DNA of 41,730 nt from positions 1 to 41,730 of the forward strand of contig JBOGJY010000005.1 of assembly GCA_050745325.1 (NCBI GenBank), in the 5' to 3' direction. Origin of the DNA: Terriglobia bacterium. Its GTDB lineage: Bacteria; Acidobacteriota; Terriglobia; UBA7540. A program made the position numbers and the translations under genes. Below are positions 18,946 to 28,890 of the stretch, piece by piece (position 1 is the first letter of the stretch; each line of letters opens with the position of its first letter). The notes beneath the pieces are model-generated. The model did not search any database, had not been told where the DNA came from, and saw only the letters and a program-made list of their open reading frames with translations.

Positions 18946-19473
18946 ATGATCTTTCAAGAAACCAAGCTAAAGGGCACTTTCGAAATTCATCTGGAGCCTA
19001 GAACGGATGAGCGTGGGTCCTTTGCGCGCTCTTGGTGCCAGAAAGAATTCGAAAGCAACAAACTGAATCCCAAGCTGGCGCAATGCAATATTTCTTTCAA
19101 CTCTCGCAAGGGAACGCTTCGTGGCATGCATTATCAGGAGCCGCCTTATGCGGAGGCCAAGGTAGTGCGTTGCACTACGGGCGCCATCTACGACGTCGTA
19201 CTGGACCTCCGCCCGCATTCGCCGACATTCAAGGATTGGGTCGCACTGGTCCTGACGGCTGAAAGACGGAACATGATTTACGTGCCTGAAGGATGCGCGC
19301 ACGGCTTTTTAACCCTGGAAGACAATACCGAAGTCTTCTACCAAATGTCGGAATTCTACAATCCGGAATCGGCTCGGGGATTTCGGTGGGATGACCCCGC
19401 CTTTCAGATTTCTTGGCCCGAAAAAGTGGAAATGATTTCCGAACGGGACCGAAGCTACGTGAACTTCGAGTAA
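18946..19473 (+). CDS. rfbC: dTDP-4-dehydrorhamnose 3,5-epimerase family protein
   Basis: DERGSF, GTLRGMHYQ, DVVLDLR, VPEGCAHGFLTL, RWDDP, ISERD. Confidence 0.93.
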   Translation: MIFQETKLKGTFEIHLEPRTDERGSFARSWCQKEFESNKLNPKLAQCNISFNSRKGTLRGMHYQEPPYAEAKVVRCTTGAIYDVVLDLRPHSPTFKDWVALVLTAERRNMIYVPEGCAHGFLTLEDNTEVFYQMSEFYNPESARGFRWDDPAFQISWPEKVEMISERDRSYVNFE

Positions 19474-19477
19474 AGCC

Positions 19478-20851
19478 ATGAGCCTGCTGAAAGAGCTTGA
19501 TCAGAGGGATGCGGCGGACATTGGCCGGGAATTACACCGGTTTGCGGCCAGCCTTTACCCGATTTGCCGAAGTATCAGCGGTGACGGAATCCGGCAGACC
19601 CTGAGCATGATCCGAGATTTGATTCCACTACGGACTTTCGAGGTCCCGACGGGAACCCCTGTTTTCGATTGGTTCGTACCCAAGGAATGGAATATTCGCG
19701 ACGCCTTTATCAAAACGCCTGCCGGGGAGCGCGTTGTGGACTTCCAGAAATGCAACCTGCACATCGTGAATTACAGTGCGCCCGTGCACGCGACCATGCC
19801 GCTGAGCGAACTCAAGCCGCATCTGTTTACGATTCCGGAGCGACCCGAGTGGGTCCCTTACCGCACGTCATACTACAAGGAGGACTGGGGATTTTGCCTT
19901 TCGCATAACCAGATGACGGCGTTGGCGGACGGCGACTACGAGGTATGCATTGACTCTACATTAGAAGGCGGGCACTTGACTTACGGCGAGTATTACCTAC
20001 CCGGCCAGTCTACCGATGAGGTTCTCATTTCGTGCCATGCCTGTCACCCATCACTCGCCAATGACAACCTTTCTGGGATGACGGTTGCGGCCTTTCTTGC
20101 ACAGTTACTTTCAGGACGCAATCTTCGTTACTCGTACAGGTTCCTTTTCATTCCCGGGACGATCGGGGCTATCACGTGGCTGGCTCGAAACCGTCAGAGC
20201 GCTGGACGCATCCACCATGGGCTGGTACTGACATGTGTCGGAGATGCGGGGGGATTCCATTACAAGAAAAGCCGGCGGGGAAATGCCGAGATTGACCGGG
20301 CTGTGGCGCACGTTCTCACTCATTACAGCGAGTCCCCGGCGTTTCTGGAATTCTCGCCCTACGGGTATGATGAGCGGCAGTACTGCTCTCCGGGTTTCAA
20401 TCTCCCGGTCGGTTGCCTGATGCGGAGCGTGTGGGGGAGCTTTCCGGAGTATCACACTTCGGCTGACAACCTCGACTTCGTACTGCCTCTACAACTTGCC
20501 GGGTCGCTCCGTGTATGCGCGGCCATCCTGGACGTGCTTGAAAACAACCGACGGTATCGCAACCTTAGCCCTTACGGTGAGCCTCAACTGGGACGCAGAG
20601 GCCTGTACCGCCCGACAGGCGGTGGCACGATCGGAGCGGAAATCGATGCTCGCCTCTGGGTGCTGAATTTTTCAGACGGAGAGCACTCCTTGCTAGACAT
20701 CGCGGAGCGTTCGGGCATCTCATTCATGCACATCAGTGAGGCTGCGGACCTGCTCTGCCAGAATGAACTGCTCTCGCTTATTACGAACGACAGCGAAGTA
20801 GAAAAGAACCCCTGCCAAGCGTTGCCCGAAGGCTGCGTGCAGCATCCATAG
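19478..20851 (+). CDS. DUF4910 domain protein (aminopeptidase-like fold with C-terminal winged helix; polysaccharide-locus associated)
   Basis: [89 protein letters not shown]. Confidence 0.88.
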   Translation: MSLLKELDQRDAADIGRELHRFAASLYPICRSISGDGIRQTLSMIRDLIPLRTFEVPTGTPVFDWFVPKEWNIRDAFIKTPAGERVVDFQKCNLHIVNYSAPVHATMPLSELKPHLFTIPERPEWVPYRTSYYKEDWGFCLSHNQMTALADGDYEVCIDSTLEGGHLTYGEYYLPGQSTDEVLISCHACHPSLANDNLSGMTVAAFLAQLLSGRNLRYSYRFLFIPGTIGAITWLARNRQSAGRIHHGLVLTCVGDAGGFHYKKSRRGNAEIDRAVAHVLTHYSESPAFLEFSPYGYDERQYCSPGFNLPVGCLMRSVWGSFPEYHTSADNLDFVLPLQLAGSLRVCAAILDVLENNRRYRNLSPYGEPQLGRRGLYRPTGGGTIGAEIDARLWVLNFSDGEHSLLDIAERSGISFMHISEAADLLCQNELLSLITNDSEVEKNPCQALPEGCVQHP

Positions 20852-20910
20852 CCCGACCCCTTTGTATCAATTACTTAAACAAATCTCTTTTGAACAGGAG
20901 TTGCAGGAGA

Positions 20911-21963
20911 ATGAGAATACTATTGACCGGACATAAAGGCTATATCGGAGCTGTTGCGGGACCCATTTTACAATCCGCCGGCCACGAAGTCGTCGGGTTG
21001 GACACTGACCTTTTCGCAGGGTGCGAATTGAGCGAGGCGCCCTCGGAGATCCCTGAAATCCGAAAAGATATCCGCGATTTGAGCAAAGGGGACCTCGAAG
21101 GCATGGACGCTGTTGTGCATCTTGCCGCGTTGTCCAATGATCCCCTGGGCGACCTCGACCGAAACCTCACTTATAGCATCAACTATCGCGCCTCGGTGCG
21201 GCTGGCTGAGTTGGCCAAGACAGCGGGCGTGAAGCGCTTTGTTTTTTCGTCGTCTTGCAGCACGTATGGCGCAGCGGGCGAGGCGATCCATGAGGAAACG
21301 GCGCCGCTCAACCCCATCACGCCGTATGGCGAGAGCAAGGTTATGGTCGAGCATGACGTTGCGCGCCTGGCGGATGATTATTTTAGTCCGACCTACATGA
21401 GAAATGCTACCGCTTATGGCGCCTCTCCACGGTTGCGGCTCGACATTGTTTTGAACGACTTGGTTGCATGGGCATATACGACAGGCAGGGTTTACATCAA
21501 AAGTGATGGCACCCCTTGGCGTCCCATTGTGCATATTCGTGACATCATTGCCGCCGTGCTCGCCGTGCTTGAAGCGCCACGGGAAGCCATACACAACGAG
21601 ACCTTTAATGTTGGTCGGACAGATGAGAATTACCAGATTCGTGAATTAGCTGACATTGTCGCAGAGACGGTTCCCGGATGCCACGTGGAATACGCTCCAG
21701 GCGGCGGCCCCGACAAACGCTGTTATCGTGTCAACTGCGATAAGATCCGGCGCGTGCTACCGGGTTTTGCCCCACAGTGGACCGCCCGGCTGGGCGCGCA
21801 AGAACTCTACGAAGCATATCGAGCTGCGGGTCTCACGCCTGAGGATGTGGAGTGCGGGCGATACGTTCGCATCCGCCAAATCCAACGTCTCCAGAAAGCT
21901 GGGCAGTTGGATGCTTCCCTGCACTGGAGCCGGCAGCCCGCTGAGACGGCTGTTGTCGTCTAA
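20911..21963 (+). CDS. NAD-dependent epimerase/dehydratase (extended SDR)
   Basis: [35 protein letters not shown] 20911 gives MRILLTG (ORF extends to 20890). Confidence 0.92.
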   Translation: MRILLTGHKGYIGAVAGPILQSAGHEVVGLDTDLFAGCELSEAPSEIPEIRKDIRDLSKGDLEGMDAVVHLAALSNDPLGDLDRNLTYSINYRASVRLAELAKTAGVKRFVFSSSCSTYGAAGEAIHEETAPLNPITPYGESKVMVEHDVARLADDYFSPTYMRNATAYGASPRLRLDIVLNDLVAWAYTTGRVYIKSDGTPWRPIVHIRDIIAAVLAVLEAPREAIHNETFNVGRTDENYQIRELADIVAETVPGCHVEYAPGGGPDKRCYRVNCDKIRRVLPGFAPQWTARLGAQELYEAYRAAGLTPEDVECGRYVRIRQIQRLQKAGQLDASLHWSRQPAETAVVV

Positions 21964-21984
21964 TCCCCAATTCGGAGCATAAAT

Positions 21985-23256
21985 ATGACTCAAACAACGC
22001 TACTACCCGAAATTGAGCAACAGACTACCATCAAGCCATGCCGTTTCTGCGGCGCCAGCTTACAGCGAGCGTTTGTCGATCTCGGGATGTCTCCACTGTG
22101 CGAGACCTACCCGTCGGCCACCAGCCTCAATCGTGGAGAAGTCTATTATCCGCTTCGCGTTTTTGTCTGCGGGCAGTGCTTTCTGGTGCAACTGGAAGAA
22201 TACGAAAGCCCAGAAGATATCTTCGGCGATTACCCCTATTTTTCTTCCTATTCGGATTCGTGGCTAAAACACTGCGAGAATTACTGCGAGAAGATGGTGC
22301 AGCGATTCGGCCTTGACGAGCGGAAGTTCGTGGTCGAGGTGGCTAGCAACGATGGCTATTTGTTGCAGTATTTTGTGCGCCGAAACGTTCCCGTCTTGGG
22401 AATTGAGCCGGCGGCGAACGTTGCTGAAGTGGCGATCGAGAAAGGAGTCCCCACGCTCGTGCGGTTCTTCGGCGCCCAACTCGCGGAAGAGTTGGCGGCC
22501 GAAGGCCGCGGTGCTGACTTGATCCTGGGCAATAACGTGCTGGCACAGGTCCCGGACCTGAACGATTTCGTAGAAGGGCTCAAGATTTTGTTGAAGCATG
22601 AAGGGGTTCTCACACTGGAGTTCCCCCACCTCCTACGGTTGATCGAGCGCAACGAGTTTGACACGATCTATCACGAGCACTTTTCCTATTTCTCCCTGCT
22701 CACCACAATGCAAATCATGGAGGCTCACGGTCTGAAGGTGTTCGACGTGGAGGAGTTGGCGACGCACGGTGGCTCCCTCCGAGTTTACGCCTGCCGCGCA
22801 CAGAGCCGAACGCGCAACGTCGAGCCGGCCGTTGGGAAATTGATTGCGGAGGAGGAAAATTCAGGACTGGCTTCGCTCGAAGGATACGACCAGTTCCACC
22901 GGCAGGTCAAAAAGACCAAGCTGGCGCTGCTGGACTTTCTAGTCACAGCCGCGCGGCAGAACAAGTCGGTCGCAGGGTATGGAGCCCCGGGTAAGAGTGC
23001 GACGCTGCTGCACTACTGCGGCATTGGAACAGATTTGATTGAGTACACGGTGGACCGCAGTCCGCATAAACAGGGCCGATTCCTGCCAGGCACCCACATT
23101 CCGATTCATCATCCGGACCGAATCAGTGAGACCAAGCCCGATTACGTCGTCATTCTACCCTGGAATCTGAAAGATGAAATCATGGACCAGTTGCAGTATA
23201 TACGGCGCTGGGGAGGCCGTTTTGTCGTGCCGATTCCGGAAGTTGCGATCTACTAG
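21985..23256 (+). CDS. NDP-hexose C-methyltransferase family (Zn-binding, SAM and C-terminal domains)
   Basis: CRFC...CGQC, EVASNDGYLL, FDTIYHEHFSYF, THGGSLR, YGAPGK, ILPWNL. Confidence 0.92.
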   Translation: MTQTTLLPEIEQQTTIKPCRFCGASLQRAFVDLGMSPLCETYPSATSLNRGEVYYPLRVFVCGQCFLVQLEEYESPEDIFGDYPYFSSYSDSWLKHCENYCEKMVQRFGLDERKFVVEVASNDGYLLQYFVRRNVPVLGIEPAANVAEVAIEKGVPTLVRFFGAQLAEELAAEGRGADLILGNNVLAQVPDLNDFVEGLKILLKHEGVLTLEFPHLLRLIERNEFDTIYHEHFSYFSLLTTMQIMEAHGLKVFDVEELATHGGSLRVYACRAQSRTRNVEPAVGKLIAEEENSGLASLEGYDQFHRQVKKTKLALLDFLVTAARQNKSVAGYGAPGKSATLLHYCGIGTDLIEYTVDRSPHKQGRFLPGTHIPIHHPDRISETKPDYVVILPWNLKDEIMDQLQYIRRWGGRFVVPIPEVAIY

Positions 23257-23271
23257 AAGTGGAGGACAGTC

Positions 23272-24093
23272 ATGAAAGTAGTTCTTTTCTGTGGAGGAGC
23301 CGGCATGCGTCTCAGGGGCTATGCGGACGATGTGCCCAAGCCTATGGTGCAGATCGGTGCGAGACCCATTCTTTGGCACCTGATGAAATACTATGCCCAC
23401 TTCGGGCACAAGGATTTCATCATCTGCCTAGGATACAAGGGTAACTGCATCAAAGATTACTTTCTGCACTACGATGAATCTGTCTCGAACGATTTTGTCT
23501 GGTCACGAGGCGGGAAGGATATCCGGTTTATAAACCGCGATATCGATGACTGGACTATCACGTTTGTGGAAACCGGCGCCAACGCCACCGTTGGCGAGCG
23601 GTTGAGGACAGTAGAGCCCTACCTACAAGGCGAAGAAATGTTTCTTGCAAACTACGGCGACGGACTTAGCGATGTGCCTCTACCCGCTCTTTTGGAAACG
23701 TTCCGGCAGAGCGCTGCCGTGGCATCGCTGCTGGCCGTGCAACCCACCGCCAGTTTTGACATTATCGAAGCCGGGCCGGAGGGGATGGTTAGGGACATTT
23801 GCGCGCTGGGCCGCACCCAAATTTGGATTAACGGCGGCTTCTTCGCGATGCGTAATGAGATCTTCCGCCATATCCTGCCTGGCGAGGAATTAGTGCGTGA
23901 GCCATTTCAGCGGCTGATGGAAAAACGGGCTCTGTTAGCATACAAGTACACTGGCTTCTGGCAGTGCATGGATACATTCAAGGACAAGCAACGCCTCGAG
24001 GAACTAAATCAGGGCGCGGCGCCATGGAAAGTCTGGGATCACGCGCCCACTTCCAAATCGAATACTGCAGAGCTGGAAATGGCTGAAGCATGA
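23272..24093 (+). CDS. rfbF: Glucose-1-phosphate cytidylyltransferase-like nucleotidyltransferase
   Basis: CGGAGMRL, PKPMVQIG, LGYKG..IKDYF, NYGDGLSD, INGGFF, GFWQCMDTFKDK. Confidence 0.85.
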   Translation: MKVVLFCGGAGMRLRGYADDVPKPMVQIGARPILWHLMKYYAHFGHKDFIICLGYKGNCIKDYFLHYDESVSNDFVWSRGGKDIRFINRDIDDWTITFVETGANATVGERLRTVEPYLQGEEMFLANYGDGLSDVPLPALLETFRQSAAVASLLAVQPTASFDIIEAGPEGMVRDICALGRTQIWINGGFFAMRNEIFRHILPGEELVREPFQRLMEKRALLAYKYTGFWQCMDTFKDKQRLEELNQGAAPWKVWDHAPTSKSNTAELEMAEA

Positions 24094-24740
24094 TCCACCT
24101 GAACCTAAAGGAAGGAGCCACAGGCGCATTGACGGTCTTATGCCTGGGGGCACACTCCGACGATATTGAAATCGGGTGTGGAGGCACGCTTCTCCGGCTG
24201 GCTGAACAGTACCCGAACATCGTATTTCACTGGGTGGTATTTAGCGCTACCGGAATCCGGGAGGCTGAGGCGCGGCGAGCAGCCACGCTGTTCATCAGCC
24301 CCAACGCTTTGAGAGGGCCACTGCTGAAGACCTTCCGGGACGGATTTATGCCGTTTGTGGGCGCGGAGGTGAAGGAAGTTTTCGAAGAGTTGAAAGCGGT
24401 TTCTCCGGACCTGATCTTCACTCACAATCGGGCTGATGCGCATCAAGACCACCGGCTGATCGCAGACTTAACCTGGAACACGTTTCGGGATCATTTCATT
24501 CTGGAATACGAAATTCCAAAATACGATGGCGACATGGGATGCCCGAGTGTGTTTGTACCCCTCGAGGCTGAGTTGTGCCAGAAGAAGGTTCGTTACACCA
24601 TGGAGGCGTTCCAATCCCAACACGCCAAGCACTGGTTTCAGGAGAGCACATTTCTCTCGCTCATGCGGTTACGAGGGATGGAATGTAAGGCTCCCAGTGG
24701 TTACGCCGAGGCATTTTACTGCCGCAAGCTAGTGCTATAA
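24090..24740 (+). CDS. PIG-L family deacetylase
   Basis: GAHSDDIEIGCGG and DAHQDH metal-binding motifs. ATGA overlap with the upstream gene. Confidence 0.92.
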   Translation: MIHLNLKEGATGALTVLCLGAHSDDIEIGCGGTLLRLAEQYPNIVFHWVVFSATGIREAEARRAATLFISPNALRGPLLKTFRDGFMPFVGAEVKEVFEELKAVSPDLIFTHNRADAHQDHRLIADLTWNTFRDHFILEYEIPKYDGDMGCPSVFVPLEAELCQKKVRYTMEAFQSQHAKHWFQESTFLSLMRLRGMECKAPSGYAEAFYCRKLVL

Positions 24741-24888
24741 ATTGAAAGGCCACCCGGCAACACTACAAATTAACGAAAGGAGAAAAGCCCAACAACCGTT
24801 TCCTGTAATTCAAAGCCAAGCTGTTAATGGAAGATGAGATCGCGCGGAAGGGGCGCGGCGGCCCGGGTGGGTCATCCGAGGGTAAGCC

Positions 24889-26319
24889 GTGGGCGATGAT
24901 ATCGCAATTTTGACCAAAACCATTCAAGGCCATGTTGTTTCTCACGAGAACGATTCGAAGTTCGCTGAGAGAAACGATGCCGCAAATCATGTGCTGACCG
25001 ACTACTACCGTTGTCCGGCTAATGTGGCACAGTTTCTCCCGGCGCGACGGTCATTGGACCAGCCAGGCTATTTTCGATTAGGCGAGGACACCATCTGCTA
25101 TGGCAGGCTCCCGGAAGGCGTCGCTGCGAGTCCCGTTAGTGAACTCAATGACGCACTTGACAACGTGAGGTTGGAAGCAGCGGGAATCTGGATTCCATTT
25201 GATCCGGGGGAGATCATCGAGAATTTGCACCGCGAGCGGTACGCAGCTCACTTCCGCGAAGAGGGCCGGGTTCTCAATGACATTTTACGGAAGGCGTATT
25301 ACTTTGTGCGGCCGCTCCTCGGGGTTTCTGCGCGCCGACGCGTCCAGAGAATGGGGCTGCGAGGCTGGAATAACATCACCTTCCCCAGTTGGCCCGTCGA
25401 TACTACCGTCGAGCGCATTCACCAGAAGCTGCTCGCCTTTGCGATGCGGGATCAGGGTCTTAAGAAGATACCCTTTATCTGGTTCTGGCCGGAGGGTTTC
25501 AGAAGCTGCGCCATCATGACCCACGATGTCGAGGGTTCCTGCGGCAGGGACTTTTGCCCGAAATTGATGGATTTAGACGAGTCCTACGGTTTCTACAGCG
25601 CCTTTCAGGTGGTACCGGAAAACCGGTACCCAGTTCCGAAGAGCTTTCTTGACGGCATTGTGAGACGGGGTTTTGAGGTAAACGTCCACGACCTGAAGCA
25701 CGACGGACGTCTCTATGCTAACTACGCTGAGTTCCTGCGCCGGGCGAAAAGGATCAACCACTATGTGAGGGAATTCGGCGCCCAAGGATTTCGATCCGGA
25801 ATTCTGTACCGTAACGCGGACTGGTTCACCGCATTCGAATTCTCCTATGACATGTCGCTCCCCAATGTGGCGCATCTCGATCCCCAGCGCGGTGGTTGCT
25901 GTACCGTGATGCCATACTTCATTGGCAAGATCGTAGAACTTCCACTGACGGCGACGCAGGACTACGCGCTCTTCCACATACTGGGTGATTACTCCCTTGA
26001 CCTTTGGAAAGAACAGATCGCTTTGATCTTGGCCAACCACGGACTGATTAATTTCCTCGTCCATCCGGATTACATCATTGAGCCACGGGCGCTCGGTTGT
26101 TACAAGGCCCTTCTTGGTCATTTGGCCCAACTGAAGGAGGAGGGCAGTATCTGGACCGCTCTGCCCAGGGATGTGGCCAACTGGTGGATGGAGAGAAGCC
26201 AGATGGAATTGGTTTTTGAAGAGGGTCAATGGCAAGTGCAGGGCGCAGGAAAAGAACGGGCCAGGGTAGCCTATGCCGAACTCATAGGGGATGAAATGGC
26301 TTACAGCTTCGCAGGCTGA
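24889..26319 (+). CDS. Polysaccharide deacetylase-like protein (NodB/CE4-type C-terminal domain)
   Basis: IMTHDVE, VHDLKHDG, GFRSG, YDMS, VELPLT, LVHPDY. Start uncertain. Confidence 0.7.
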   Translation: MGDDIAILTKTIQGHVVSHENDSKFAERNDAANHVLTDYYRCPANVAQFLPARRSLDQPGYFRLGEDTICYGRLPEGVAASPVSELNDALDNVRLEAAGIWIPFDPGEIIENLHRERYAAHFREEGRVLNDILRKAYYFVRPLLGVSARRRVQRMGLRGWNNITFPSWPVDTTVERIHQKLLAFAMRDQGLKKIPFIWFWPEGFRSCAIMTHDVEGSCGRDFCPKLMDLDESYGFYSAFQVVPENRYPVPKSFLDGIVRRGFEVNVHDLKHDGRLYANYAEFLRRAKRINHYVREFGAQGFRSGILYRNADWFTAFEFSYDMSLPNVAHLDPQRGGCCTVMPYFIGKIVELPLTATQDYALFHILGDYSLDLWKEQIALILANHGLINFLVHPDYIIEPRALGCYKALLGHLAQLKEEGSIWTALPRDVANWWMERSQMELVFEEGQWQVQGAGKERARVAYAELIGDEMAYSFAG

Positions 26320-26436
26320 AAAGACGCAACCCGCGGTAAAGGTAATTTGTCTCAGGAACCCATGGCGCTTCGGACGGATGAACCTTCATATCGCCCATGC
26401 CATGAAACTCATTTGGAATGTGTGGTGTGAGCACTA

Positions 26437-27483
26437 ATGTGCAGGCGCGTGCGCGAGATAGACCCCATTCACGATCCCGGGTGGCTTGGTTTGGTGGAAC
26501 GACACCCCCAAGCTTCCGTGTTTCACACACCCGGTTGGCTAGAGGCGTTGAAACGAACTTACGGATACGAGCCTGTCGTCCTGACAACCTCGCCTCTGCC
26601 CCAGGAAGTTGCCAATGGCGTCGTCCTCTGCCACGTATCGAGTTGGCTCACTGGGCGCCGAATGGTATCCCTGCCATTTAGCGACCACTGCGAGCCGTTG
26701 GTTGACAACAGCGAAGAATTGCGTTGCATCTTGGCGACGCTGCGTGAGGAGAGAAACGGCAACGGATGGAAGTATGTCGAGATAAGACCAGCCGAAAGCG
26801 ATCTTACCGCCTTTCCAGGCTTTACCAAATCCAAGGCTTTCTGCCTGCACCGGTTGGATCTCCGCCCCGCTACCCAGCACCTCTTCCGGGGATTCCACAA
26901 AGATTGCGTGCAGAGGAAGATTTGGCGCGCAGAGCGGGAAGGCATAGTTTACGAAGCGGGTCGCTCGGAACCACTGCTTAAAAAATTCTACCACTTGCTG
27001 ATACTGACGCGCCGGAGGCAGTTGTCGCTGCCACAACCGCTTGCCTGGTTCCGCAATTTAGTCGCATGTATGGGCGAGAAGCTGAAAATCCACGTAGTCT
27101 CCATAGATGGCCGGCCCGTGGCTAGCGTTCTTACGCTCAATTACAAGGCCACAATCGTTTACAAATATGGTTGCTCCGACAAGCAGTTCAGTCACCTGGG
27201 AGGCACACACCTGATGTTATGGAAAGTGATTCAGGATGCCAAGGGCAAGGGTCTGCAGGAATTCGATATGGGGCGATCCGATTGGGACAACCTCGGGCTC
27301 GTCAAATTCAAGGATCGCTGGGGCGCAGTGCAATCCACTCTGACCTATTGGAGACATGGTACGGTCCCGCCAAAGCGCGCGAACAACGGCTGGAACAGCG
27401 AGATTGCCCGACGAACCTTCGGGTACGCGCCTCGTGGCTTCCTCAGTACGGCCGGAACCCTGTTGTACAGGCATGTTGGATAA
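26437..27483 (+). CDS. GNAT family, FemAB-like acyl/aminoacyl transferase
   Basis: FHTPGWL, VSLPFSDHCEPL, FDMGRS, GLVKFKDRWGA, as in FemAB-related proteins of exosortase-associated EPS loci. Confidence 0.85.
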   Translation: MCRRVREIDPIHDPGWLGLVERHPQASVFHTPGWLEALKRTYGYEPVVLTTSPLPQEVANGVVLCHVSSWLTGRRMVSLPFSDHCEPLVDNSEELRCILATLREERNGNGWKYVEIRPAESDLTAFPGFTKSKAFCLHRLDLRPATQHLFRGFHKDCVQRKIWRAEREGIVYEAGRSEPLLKKFYHLLILTRRRQLSLPQPLAWFRNLVACMGEKLKIHVVSIDGRPVASVLTLNYKATIVYKYGCSDKQFSHLGGTHLMLWKVIQDAKGKGLQEFDMGRSDWDNLGLVKFKDRWGAVQSTLTYWRHGTVPPKRANNGWNSEIARRTFGYAPRGFLSTAGTLLYRHVG

Positions 27484-27557
27484 CCATGCCACTGTGTCTT
27501 TTCCCCCGGCGCATTCCCAGTCCAACCTGTAAGTTGTCCATCGAATAAGACGGAATC

Positions 27558-28772
27558 ATGCCTCAGTCAAACAGGAAACCGAAAATAACTGGCATCCGAG
27601 CCGTAAGCTGCGCTGTGATATTGGGGGGCATACTTGCGGCGGGACTCTGGCCGTTCCATGCCCCGAAAAATGAGGTCGCGTGGCTGGCGAAAGCGAATGG
27701 GCTTCGCTTCGGCAGATACGGCGCCATCTTGAGCGATGGGCCATTCAGGAAGCTGAACCAGCAAAACGAGACATCCCGCAGCCTTGAACTCTGGCTCGCG
27801 CCGGGTCTAACGTTTGACACTAGTACGCTTCTTGCCTTCTACACTCCTTACGGCCCAAGTGGGTTTTCGCTGCACCAGTTGAACCGGGATCTTGTACTGG
27901 AAAACGAACCGTGGAGCCACGAAAATCACACCGTAGACGCACGGCTATACGTTGATGGCATCTTCCATCAAGGCCGATCCGTTTTCATTACAGTCACGTC
28001 AGATGGTCATGAGACGGCTGTCTATGTGAATGGTGTTCTGGTCCAAGGGCCTCAGCGCTTCGCGTTTTCAGCGACCGATCTGAAAGGCCAACTCGTGGTG
28101 GCCAATTCACCCGTAACTAACGACAGTTGGTCTGGTGAGCTGCTGGGGCTTGCAGTTTACGGCCGGGAGCTTACTTCTGATGAGATTTACCAACACTATG
28201 CAAGCTGGACTAAAACCGGACAGCCCGATCGCACTGAGAACGAACGCACCCTTGCTCTCTATCGGTTTGATGAGCACTCAGGAAGCGTTATCTATAACCG
28301 CGCCGGCGCCTCAGCGGATCTATACATTCCAGAACGATACATGGAACTCAATCACACACTTCTCAAGCGGCCATGGAACGAATATCATCCCGGCTGGAGT
28401 TACTGGAAGAACGTCCTGATTAATATTGGCGGGTTTGTCCCGCTGGGATTCTTGTTTTACGCCTATTTGTCTCTGGCGCTTCGCAGCAAGCGGGCAGCGA
28501 TTGCCACCGTTGTATGGGGAGCAGCGATAAGCCTGACCATCGAAGTTCTGCAAGCATTTCTTCCAACACGAGATTCCGGTATGACCGACATTATTACGAA
28601 TACTTTGGGGACTGGTGTAGGCGTTGCGCTACATCGCTGGACTGGCCTTGTGCGCCAACACTTTAACCCTCGCTACTCCACGATGCGACGCCTGGCTGAA
28701 CTTTTTGTAGACGGCCAATGTTGTGAGACGGATGATCTCGAGCCATTGCGCCATGCGGCGAGCGGCCGGTGA
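27558..28772 (+). CDS. VanZ family membrane protein with a periplasmic LamG/ConA-like domain
   Basis: N-terminal TM ending GLWPF. Jelly-roll motifs (SLELWL, VYVNGV, WSGELLGLAVYGRELT, LYRFDE). C-terminal NIGGFVPLG...SLTIEVLQAFLPTRDS..DIITNTLG. Confidence 0.82.
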   Translation: MPQSNRKPKITGIRAVSCAVILGGILAAGLWPFHAPKNEVAWLAKANGLRFGRYGAILSDGPFRKLNQQNETSRSLELWLAPGLTFDTSTLLAFYTPYGPSGFSLHQLNRDLVLENEPWSHENHTVDARLYVDGIFHQGRSVFITVTSDGHETAVYVNGVLVQGPQRFAFSATDLKGQLVVANSPVTNDSWSGELLGLAVYGRELTSDEIYQHYASWTKTGQPDRTENERTLALYRFDEHSGSVIYNRAGASADLYIPERYMELNHTLLKRPWNEYHPGWSYWKNVLINIGGFVPLGFLFYAYLSLALRSKRAAIATVVWGAAISLTIEVLQAFLPTRDSGMTDIITNTLGTGVGVALHRWTGLVRQHFNPRYSTMRRLAELFVDGQCCETDDLEPLRHAASGR

Positions 28773-28890
28773 AGCGGGTGTTGGGTAATTAGGTTAGCGC
28801 AGCCGTCATGCGTGGTGATGATCGGAGTCTCTAGATCGCCAAAAGCAGTGGGCTTCGAGCCGCGTAGCGTTCGGCAGGGGGGATTAGAAT

